Shown here: positions 1 through 9,475 of the stretch, in pieces
How positions within the stretch are numbered: position 1 is the first letter of the stretch
Layout: each line of letters starts with the position of its first letter
Origin: Selaginella moellendorffii
Taxonomy: Eukaryota; Plantae; Lycopodiophyta
Assembly: GCF_000143415.4 (NCBI RefSeq)
Contig: NW_003314293.1
Location: 1,104,381 to 1,135,423, forward strand
Reading direction: 5' to 3'
Length of the DNA stretch: 31,043 bases
The notes under the pieces: generated by a model
What the model was told of the DNA's origin: nothing
The model's input: only the letters and a program-made list of their open reading frames with translations
Database searches by the model: none
Position numbers and translations under genes: made by a program

Positions 1-1029
1 AGAGGTAAGTGTGAAGTTTGGAAATAGGGAGGAAAACTTGTTGGGAAACCCTGTAGTCAAACTGGACCCTGAAGTTGAAAAAAAAGTGTAAAAAAAGTGT
101 GAAAAGAGGAGGAAAATAGAGGAAAAAGAGTGAGTACCCAAAGAACTTAACCTGTACTTGGATTTCAGCTAAGGAAAGTGTAATATGCAAATGCAACCTC
201 TTGATGACTTCTAGTATGCTCTAATGATTAGCCAAAATCAAGAAAGAAAGAGAGGTAGAAGAGGGAATGCATTGCCCAAGGGTGGTATGTGTAGAAATGA
301 TGCAAGATGGAGTGATATGGTGGAGTGCCAAGATGGTGGTGGCCCTTTGAGAAGGTGGCCATCTATAACCATTGGCCCGTAGAGTAAGTGCTGACCTTTT
401 AGAGTAGCCAGGAACTGGTAACTCATAACCAGTAACTAGGGACCTGAAACCTATAACCAATAACCCCTTTGCTCTCTCTCCTACTCCTATGCCTGCTCCA
501 ACACTAACTCCTATCCCTGCGCCTACTCCTACTGTCCCTGTTCTTATGCTAACTCTTGTTTCTGCTCTTCTTGTTCCTATTCCTACACCAATTCCTATTC
601 CTGTTCCTACGCCTACCTGTTCCTTGAAGATTGCTTCGTTCCCAAAGAACTCCCAACAAAGTTTAGCCCAAAAGAGAAAAATGAATCCTCTGGTCTCAAT
701 CCTTCCCCATTTTGACTGTTGGTAGGCTCATTGGAAAGGGCTCAGCTTGCAAGAATTTGGGAAGAAGCCGTCTCAATATTCCCCAAAATCCAAGAAGAGG
801 TAGCCTAGAACACCAATATTGTGGAAAAACATGTGCATATCACTGATGTAGATCGATACTAAGGCACCATTGGTACTATCGGAAAGCCTAGGACTAGGAG
901 CACCTCTAGAAATAAACAGCATCCAAAACAAAGCCTGGAGGAGCTTGGGTAGGTTTTGAGCTCATGAGCTCATGAGTTGAGCTCACGGCTTCTCAAACAC
1001 AAGAAAAATACAAATATAAATATAGATCC

Positions 1030-4000
1030 GAACACTAAAAGCAATCTAAAAACACTTCTCAAGCTCCACAACTATAAGGCTTGCCTGGTGGATGTGATGG
1101 TCGATCTTAGGATCTTAGTTTAGTTCCTGCATAAAAATGTAATAGAGGCTAAATATACCTTTCCCCTGTTCTCCCGCTGTGTAAAATCTGAACAGGTACA
1201 GGATGGATTTTCGCAGATTTTGACAGTGTAGCTTATACCCTTTGACGACTCAGTCACAACAACAAACTCCTTAGCCACGGCACTGATGTAGTTTATCCTT
1301 ATAATTGTGCATTTCAATGCCTTTGCCAGCTTGATCTTCTCTTGTGCACCTTTTGAAATGGAAGACCTATATTGTACAACCTTCCCATTTTTAGCTGGTC
1401 GTGTATGCCGGTCTAGTGTTGACATTGGTAGCATAGCAATATCAATAGCAACATTTGAGGAAGTCTTCAACTTGAAACCAGCTCTCTCCAGACTTTCAAT
1501 CTCTTCTTTTAAAAGATTGCAGCTTCGCTCAATTGGCCACTCCTCTGGCACAGAATCTGGCTTCGAGATAATTGAGCTGTGGATCCAGTTTGTATGAGTA
1601 ACATCAGTCCCACAACAGTAAATCCAACTTGATTGGCGGCCCTTTACCCCTAGATCTTGATAGCCCCAAAAACATGGCACTACTAAAGAACTTGAACTTG
1701 AGCGCACAAATGCAAGACACTAATCTCAACTCCCAATCATTCCAGAGCAACATGCATTACTCTTGGCATTGACTCTTCGAATTGCCCAGTTGATACAACA
1801 AACTGGCTCACGAGCAATAATCTTCTCAACCTCTAGCATTGGATTTACTTGTGTAACAATTGGCACCTCCTCCACTCCATGTTCCTTAGTTCTTCTCCGG
1901 TGTCGTGGAACAAAATGGTAGTCAAACTCTGGACAGTGAGAGCTAAAAGGAGTGATGTTGGGCCCATCAAATGTCTGTCAACGCTTCATACGGGCTGTTC
2001 TCATGGCCCTGAGTGGTTCATAACTTGATTTCATAGGAGTTCCAGCAACAACTTCCTCCACCATCTTAGACATTGACCCTGCTGCTGGTGTTGTCCTTCT
2101 ACCAACCCGCTCTCGAACCCTGTCTAAGTTTGGACCTGTACCAGCAAACCTTGCTTCCTGTGCAGCCAAAGCTTTTGATGACTACTCAAGAGATCTAGTG
2201 AGGTCCGAGAGCGTAATTTCATAAAGGGACACTTTTCCTTTCCTTGCTTCAGAAGCTCTCCAACTCCAATGTTTGCTCTTAGAGAGATTAATTGTTGGTG
2301 TAAGTGCAATGTCATCAAGTGGTTGATCCTACAAAAAATGCAACATTTGAAAGTGACAAGAAAGAAAATGAGAGAAAGCTTACATGGAGAGTATAATGAC
2401 CCCACTGAAACATTCGCACTTCCCACCATACAAGCCAACATTCCATTTGTGGAAGGTTTTCAATTGGCACTTTGTCTCCTTCATGCCAACATAAGCGCAT
2501 TTCATTTGCCTTTGCCTTGTGCTCCTCTTTAGTTGGTGCATCCATCCATTCCCGAAAAAGCTACTTGAACTCGTGATGGAAGGTAGACTTGATGCATCGG
2601 CAATGTTCATAGCCGAATTCAAGGTTCAAGATTTCCAAGCACAAACCGTCTTTTGGACATGTATGTCTGAGGTTGTTGAACAATGAACCGGGAAGAAACC
2701 CAACTTCCGTGGTTTCATGGCAGATGCAGCTAGTGCTAATTGGTTGGCTGTACGACAAGTATTCAGAGGTGATAAAAGTCAGCCATTAAAGAGAAGAGTT
2801 ATGAGTTTTATTGGGCAAAGAGCGTCAATGTCTATAGTCAAATTGCACTGCAACCTATAGAAGGAATAGTTATAATGTAAATCAGTATGGATTCTTAAAT
2901 AATAAAAAGCCACTTACTTGTGATCATAAACATGAGCTCCCATTGTTGACCAGCCTGAAACTCGTTTCATCTGGTCAAAATGGATTCAAGAACTAGCCAA
3001 ATCCCCATCTCCATCCATATCCATTCGTTGTACAAGGTCCACACTAGAAGCAGAACCAAGGGTAGACATCTTAAAGATGAAAGGGCATTGATTGTTCGAG
3101 GTCACTTGGCCAACGAATAAGCTCCCATGAATAAACTCATAGGGACATTTTCTCTTTAGCTCCAAAATCCCATCCAATCCAGATTGAAGCTTTCCATCTC
3201 ACCCTTTTCGCATCCAGTTCTTTATTCTACCAAAAAAAAGAGTGTTATTAGTGATAAAGTAGAGTTAAGTGTTAATTTTATACCTGTTTAAATTTGTCAT
3301 AGGTTCTATATTTTGAAGTAGGTCCTTCAAGCTATTCTTCGTGAACTCTTTTTTGCTATCAGATTGTAGCAACATGTCCACCACATAGTCTTTTAGTACA
3401 GATTGTTGAACACACTTTAGAGTTGCAACACTTTTCTTCCCAACCTCTGTAATAACAGCAGTCTTCAAATTGCGAAAAGAATCATGGTGGATTCCTTCCT
3501 CGATTACGTGTTGGTGGTATCCAACATGCACTGCTGCTCTGCCTAAACATCCATCCTGTGGAAGAAAATAATACATTTTCACATCACAACATACTTGACA
3601 CACAAGTGTTGCCCCGCATTTGGGACATCTAAATCTTGTAGCAACTTCATCACGCCTAGGGGGATTGATCGCTGAGCCTTCAAAGAAACACATATTCTTG
3701 CCATGATCAGAAATGCATTTCTCAGCGACACACTAAAGCTGTCCACCACAATGGACTATGGACACAGATCTGTCGAAATGAGAGAAGTGGGTCGTCTTTA
3801 CTCTACACCAATTATGTGGATCAAGATGCATCTCCATACCCCTTTCCCTTCTTGACGAACTTGCTGGTGGAAACTCGAAGAATATATTCCCATTATAGGA
3901 AGAAGGAAGCTCCTCACCTCTCATGTACTGGAACTCCTTCAATTCCAACCGTAATGATCGAGATTGCCAAAATGCCTTATCCACCACTTCAAAAACTGGT

Positions 4001-4435
4001 CCAGAAGGAACACACCTATTTTTCTGGGAAGCTATATCGGGAAGCTCATCTTCTTCACTTTCGTCACTGGAGAGAATAACAACTTCATCCTTCACTCCTT
4101 GCACAGTTGGCTTTGAAACTGATGCGCTCTCCTCTGCTCGCTTTGGAGATCCTGTAACTAGAATCTCTTGACCTGTACATCTATCAAGATCCCATTGAAT
4201 CCCATTCTCTCCCACACCATTGTCGAGAAGAATGGATTTTTCTATCTGATTACCCTTATCACGACATACATTCTCCAAACTAACTAATCTCGGCTTCAGC
4301 TTGAATCTTCTGCAGAGGAAGCTCTCTCCTATAACACTCTTAGAGAAAACAATTGGATGCTCTTGATCGAACTTCAAATAGAATTCTCTTATATCTTCTC
4401 CTTGCTCGAGCACTTAGAAAAATTTTTGGGGAGAA
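1030..4435 (-). pseudogene. MULE-type DDE transposase with N-terminal GCM/WRKY-like Zn finger and C-terminal SWIM finger; multi-exon, inactivated
   Basis: Reconstructed motifs: D-x-H-x-W..T..CGGQL*C..C...CPKC..L.C..C...Y...RAAVHVGYHQH (GCM/WRKY-type finger, ~3500-3830); IHFDQMKRVSGWSTMGAHVYD (first Asp, ~2920-2985); FRGFMADAASANW and decayed CxFHW (in the inverted block 2600-2841); WLVWWEVRMFQWG; PTINLS[K<-E]SKH (catalytic Glu position mutated, ~2270-2298); YTVKICENPSCTCSDF..(CKH) SWIM (~1150-1230). GT-AG introns near 3285-3230, 2917-2855 and 2383-2329. Several TAG/TGA stops. The 5' end is uncertain. Confidence 0.85.
2600..2841 (+). other. 242-bp internal inversion within the transposase gene
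   Basis: The plus strand here reads AMFIAEFKVQDFQAQTVFWTCMSEVVEQ*TGKKPNFRGFMADAASANWLAVRQVFRGD..[fs]..YEFYWAKSVNVYSQ, which is the missing middle of the minus-strand transposase. Flipping it joins ...KLQCN|AMFIAEF and SVNVYSQ|RCIKSTF in frame. Confidence 0.85.
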
Positions 4436-4584
4436 ACTGATAAGAAAGAACAAAGATATTCTTTTGTATTATGAGCATTAATTAGCTATGTCCTTGCAAA
4501 GGACAAGTTAATTATTTTAACAAAATATACAACCGTTTAGAATCTAGAGAGATATGAAAATCTTAAAGAGCCACCCATATTAAT

Positions 4585-4952
4585 TGTATAATTGATTGTG
4601 AGAGGAATAATATTGTTGAAATGAATGTGGTTATGAGTAAGAAGCGCCAGTCAATCACAAAAGTTGTAGCATTGATTGTTTGTTCTCCCTCTCATCTCCA
4701 TGCTCTCTTCCCTTCAAGAGAGTTTCATTCTTTTGTGACAAGTGAGAGAGACTCAAACTCGGAAAGGTTGGTTCGTGCGTGGTTTACCCTAAACCATAAA
4801 CCATAAACCCTAAACTCTCTTGAAGGGAAGAGAGCATGGAGATGAGAGAGAGAACAAAGAATCAATGCTACAACTTTTGTGATAGACTAGTGCTTCTCAC
4901 TCATAACCACATTCATTTCAACAATATTATTCCTCTCACGATCAATTATACA
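4585..4952. repeat. 141-bp inverted repeat (4585-4725 / 4812-4952) with 86-bp spacer
   Basis: The arms are reverse complements with a few mismatches (e.g. CATCTCCATGCTCTCTTCCCTTCAAGAGAGTTT / AAACTCTCTTGAAGGGAAGAGAGCATGGAGATG). The spacer contains CCCTAAACCATAAACCATAAACCCT. Confidence 0.95.
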
Positions 4953-5195
4953 TATTTTAATATCTAAATCATTGAATGATTGTGTCCATTGATCACCATC
5001 AAAGAGAATGAAAATCATGGCCATTGATCGTGACTGTTGATCGCGTCCATTGATTTTTAGGGTTTTACGCCTAGGGTTTGAGCAGCAAAGGGCGAGAGAA
5101 AAGTGTGCTTGAGCAGGGAAGGGCGAGAGAAAGGCGTTTCAATCAAGCAATGTGCTTCAAGACGCTCCTCAAACAAGGTATGCTTCCTTGAGAAG

Positions 5196-5717
5196 GTCGG
5201 TTCACGTGTGAACCAATGTCTCCTCACTTTCTTTCTTCTATTAGAAGTTTCTATTTTCTCAACTTTTGTTTTCTCTTGAGGGATAGAGATGTCGGTTCTT
5301 GTGCAAACCGACATCTCCTAGCATTTTATTTCATTTTCTGTTTAACTTTTTGCCCATCTCTGCCTCGTTTTTTTTATTTTTTTCCTTGTTGAAGGGGTGG
5401 GAAAGATTGGTACGCGCGCAAACCGACGTCTTCCCACCTTCATTTTTTCTAGAAGCAAGCTTTCTTGATTTTTTTCATGTTTCTAGTGGTGAGATTTCTA
5501 TATTTTAGAAAACAAAGAGAGATTAAAATGTCGGTTCTTGTGCAAACCGACATCTTCAAGGTTGTTTTTTTACTTTATTGACTTGATGGGGCATTTCATG
5601 TGAAAATTAGAGGGTGGAAGATGTCGGTTCTTGTGCGAACCGACCTCTCCCGTATTCTTGTTGTGTTTTTCCTTTTTCTCGAGAGGTAGGGTGAGGTCAA
5701 TTCTCATGCGAACCAAC
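5196..5717. repeat. Array of six 22-bp interrupted palindromes, consensus GTCGGTTC-N6-GAACCGAC
   Basis: Copies at 5196, 5291, 5406, 5530, 5623 and 5696 in the region between the two divergent MULE genes. N5-spacer variants (TTGGTTC-N5-GAACCAA-like) occur near 8928, 9002 and 10368. Confidence 0.85.
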
Positions 5718-5866
5718 CTCTCCCAGTGACTTATATTTTTTTCCTTTGCATTTCTTGTAGTTTACAATTTATTTTTCACATCTTTTACTTACGAACTTTT
5801 CTTGTGTGAGCAGATATAAATCAAGCTTGAGTGCCTAAAACTTCCAACAAGGGACTTGAACTTAAA

Positions 5867-8859
5867 ATGCCACAGGTCTGCTTTACATTACAAGTTAGAT
5901 GTTATAATAGTTTTGCTTTTTATTTTAGAGGAAGCACCGAGGCCAACCCCAATGGTCTCGATCTCCAGGAAAAGGCAGCTGCCTTGATCACTGTGGGCTT
6001 GGCCGATTGAGTAGAGATTCATCTCAAGTATCCAATGAAGTTTCGGTTAGTCATGCTGGAGGCAACGATGAGCATAACAATGATGTAGATGTTGAGATGA
6101 ACACTCAAATCAATGTTGGTGTTATTGAGGCTGTTGGTACTGGTGCTCCTGAGGCTGCGGGTACTAGTGGTGGGGTACTTGCATCTGATGTTGGCGGTGG
6201 TGGGGGTGTTGTGCCTTCGGTTGATGAGGCTGCTCGCGGCGAGGTAGATGAACCAGCTGAGGATGTTATTGGTAGCGTTGTAGGTGGATCTACTACAAAG
6301 GCTATTGGGGGCATGGTAGCTGCTCCTACTGCTCCTTAGGCTGGTGGTGCAGGGGGAGCTAGTGGTGGTGAGGGATTATGCATGCATGATTCTGACACCA
6401 TCTTGAATGATCGTGTTTGGGACACGATTATCCAAGCTCAAGAACGGACAGTGAGTAATGTGTTATAGGAAATGGCCTGGAATGGCCCTCATCGATTTCT
6501 AGTTCCTTTGTGCCGGTTGGTTCAAAGCCATTGGGTACACTCAGCTTACGACATCAACATGGCTATCTACAGCTCCTTTGCCGAGGTCGGGTTTGGGAGC
6601 ACAGCTGGTACCTTCATCGTTTCACCAACTTTCCCTGGAACTGGCCGGACAGAGTCAGTGACTATTGAACTTGAGGAAAAATGGGATCCTATATGGCTGC
6701 AAAAGTCTTGTGAGTTTGATGGATTCTTAAGACAACATGTGGAGACAGCAGGGTTCATTGGAAAGCTCTTTTGGGTGATCGATGGAAACCATAGGTGGCT
6801 AGCATTTTGGAAGTGCATTCAAGAGAAGTTCTGAGATGACGAAGAACGACACATTAGTGTTCCAGTCACACTTGTCAAACCAATGACTCGGGAGCACACT
6901 ATGAAGCTCAACATGGCATGCCATAAGATCAACATGTAAGAATTTATTTTTTGTAAACTTAGCAATTTATTTTTTGTAAACTTAGCCAATATCGTGTTTT
7001 TGCTGTCTAAGCCAATTTGCATTTCAAGCTCATACATTGGTACAGACATTGAGCACCTTCAGTTTATCGGCATGCTCTCGCTAGAGGAGGTCCAAACATT
7101 GTACAATCGTGAGGTATTTGAAGCAATTCGAGTGAAGCTAGCAGCTAGAAAAGGCCAAGAATTGTAGACTTGGTACTAGCTGCCACTTGATTTTCTAGTT
7201 GTTCTCTGGGCGAAGGTAAATTAGTATTGAAGTATGTATCAACTTACATAATGTTTTTTGCAGCCCATAATCAATGGAGAAAGAGCGTTATTCTTTAAAA
7301 ATGCCCGAGGGGATGAGCAGCAAAAGGAGATGGAGTGGCATGCGATTGAGCAGCGAATTTTGAATACGAAGAGAACAAAGGTGAAAAAGTTGCTCTCGAT
7401 TGCAAACATACAACGCGGGTAGGAATGGCTTGATAGCATTGTGGAGATTTGTTCTCGCGTTCGTAAGTTCTTCTAAAATTTGTGAAACACTTTATAACTC
7501 TTTGTGTGTGTAGGAACTGGTAAAGCATTGAAGGAACTCATTTACAACATCTCCAAGAGTAAAATATCCTTTGCTAAACAAAGCGTTTGCTTGGATCTTC
7601 TCAACACTTGGCTGCGAAACAACGAAAAACACTGCAAGATAAGGATGGAGAAGGTGATGAAGGAGAAGGCGTACATTTCTCAGAGTATTGCCACTGGTGA
7701 GGAGATGCTACAAGTTTGGGACGAGAAGTTTCTTTCTAGCCCCTACACAGATATCACTCTCAAAGAATATATTTGTGCTTGTTTTGCGGAGCTAGGGAAT
7801 GGTTGGCTTCCACATGGTGGGATGAGTTCGGCTGAGTTCAAGAACCAACCAGAACAACCATTTCTTGCGAGGCGCATGGTTTATAGGTATTTTCTCAATT
7901 CTCATTTATATATTGGCATTTATATTTTTGTTTTACTTTGTAGATATATAAAATATTGCCCTAGCGCATAGGTATACAAAATTGGTGTTTTGCAGAAGCT
8001 CTTGACTAGAGGCAAGAAGCTTGGGATGTATGAGCTAGAGTTCTATTGTCCTTGTACACATGAGAGGAAGCTATGTCTGTGGTACCTTGAACTCGTGGAG
8101 CAAATGCTGACATCGGATTTCGGGCTAGATCTCTACCTTGAATGTCATCCAGGTTCACTTGAAACTCAACACTTAGCTAGGAAATATTAACCTTGAGTTA
8201 TATTTTTATTTTCCAGATTTATTCCTCTATTCTATTTTTTTTTCCAGATTTATTCCTGGAACTACCATGCTCTATGCCACATTGGGAACTGGTGTAATGC
8301 CATACAAGCTAATGAGCGTGCTGCTCTTGCTTTACCAAGATATGACAGCTCTACATACATCATCCCAGATGTGATTGACTCGGACGTTCTTCACCTAGCG
8401 TTCCTTGGTTATCGACATCGTTCGGTCACGGCCATGTAGATCTTGTTGGAGTTATTCTGTCCACTAAAGGGGATTGTGCTTGATGCTATAGCAGGATTTG
8501 GATCAATGGTGCAGGCAGCAAAAGAGATAGGCCGAGCTATTTTTGCACTTGAGAAGGAGGGTGCCTTTGAGGACATTCTTAGGAGATTTTGCGACAGGTG
8601 ATGTTAGTGCTTGAAATAATCTATAATATTTATTCTCAAATGTTTCTATTTTATTAGGTCTACACTTATCACACACAGTGTTTCAGTCCAAACGCTTGAT
8701 CTTGATGATATGGATAATCATATGGACCGAAGTCAATTCCACTTACCTATTTATGCTGAACGTATGGCACAACATTATATACAACACGAGCCTATAGTGA
8801 AGGATCATTCCACTATACCCATTTCTACTTTTCTGGATATGGAAGCAGAAGAAGATTGA
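5867..8859 (+). pseudogene. MULE passenger gene: ParB/Srx-like domain fused to beta-class amino-DNA-methyltransferase-like domain; multi-exon, inactivated
   Basis: ATG at 5867 (MPQ), intron 5876-5928, a Gly/Ala/Val-rich linker, then ParB/Srx-like ..GTFIVS....KLFWVIDGNHRWLAF...HISVPVTLV (DGNHR at 6781-6795). Further exons lead to HRSVTAM*ILLELFCPLKGIVLDAIAGFGSMVQAAKEIGRAIFALEKE (8416-8559), matching the SAM-binding motif X-I-II region of N6_N4_Mtase enzymes. The last exon ends FLDMEAEED* at 8859. Multiple CAG>TAG / CGA>TGA-type stops. Confidence 0.75.
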
Positions 8860-9058
8860 ATATATTCTGATTTTAATATAAATTATATTATTTAATATAT
8901 TATTTTCTTTTTTTTAGACTAAAAGATTAGTTCATGTCGAACCAATAATCTACATGAGCTTATGGAATACCTTAAACACCTAGATTTTATATTAAAAATT
9001 CTTGGTTCGGGACAAACTAAGGTAGTGCCATTAAACTTTCGCTAGTTAGGGGATTGTA

Positions 9059-9094
9059 TTGACTCCCTTTGACTTTTGTTGACTTTCATTGACT
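9059..9094 (+). promoter_or_regulatory. Four TTGACT (W-box core) hexamers at exact 10-bp spacing, subterminal in the MULE
   Basis: TTGACT at 9059, 9069, 9079 and 9089, just inside the right TIR. Function is inferred only. Confidence 0.5.
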
Positions 9095-9475
9095 TGAGCT
9101 CAGCTCAAAAACTACCCAGCCCCAGCCCAGAGGAGCACGAATTCCCACTACAAAGATGACCAAATTTAGCCGGAGAAGAAAATCCTTTTGCATGCTGCCA
9201 ACTTGGCCAAATTTAGTGCCAAGAATCACCACTACTCGTAGATCTAGGCCAAATCTACAAGCCCAAATGCACTACTTTGAGAAATTAGGCCAAGGATTTA
9301 ATCGAGAAAATGAAAACCCCAAACTGTTCCTCAAACCCAGCCAAGAAACATTGTATCTTTTCAAATATTGCACAACTTAACGAGTGCCATACCTTGTTGG
9401 AAAGAGGAGCTCCAAAACTATCTAACAAGCCTAAGATCCAACAAAAGCACTGCAAGACGAACGAGAAATTGGTAG

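Larger units (their letters stand above)
941..9123. mobile_element. Mutator-like (MULE) DNA transposon, ~8.2 kb, two divergent genes, decayed
   Basis: The left end GAGCTTGGGTAGGTTTTGAGCTCA (941) is an imperfect inverted match to the right end CAGCTCAAAAACTACCCAGCCCC (to 9123). Flanks are 9-mers AGCCTGGAG (932-940) and AGCCCAGAG (9124-9132), each one CpG deamination from AGCCCGGAG, i.e. the 9-bp TSD typical of Mutator. Encodes a MULE-type transposase. Confidence 0.85.

Noticed and set aside
180-940. Pro/Thr-rich ORF 489-725 and flanking decayed coding-like DNA (continuing at 9133-9470)
   Set aside because: Low complexity with many stops and no diagnostic motif. Probably an old TE that served as the MULE target, but it cannot be assigned.
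4783-4814. Interstitial telomere
   Set aside because: Only four imperfect heptamers; at most a telo-box-like promoter motif.
4940-5045. Cluster of four GATC sites as Dam-like targets of the element's MTase
   Set aside because: Too few sites, and nothing indicates the enzyme's specificity.
5196-5717. CRISPR array
   Set aside because: Eukaryotic context, degenerate repeats, irregular 50-100 bp spacers and no cas genes.
6472-6834. Bacterial parABS locus or contamination
   Set aside because: The ParB-like region is in a spliced gene inside a plant-type transposon with methylation-type decay, and there is no parA.
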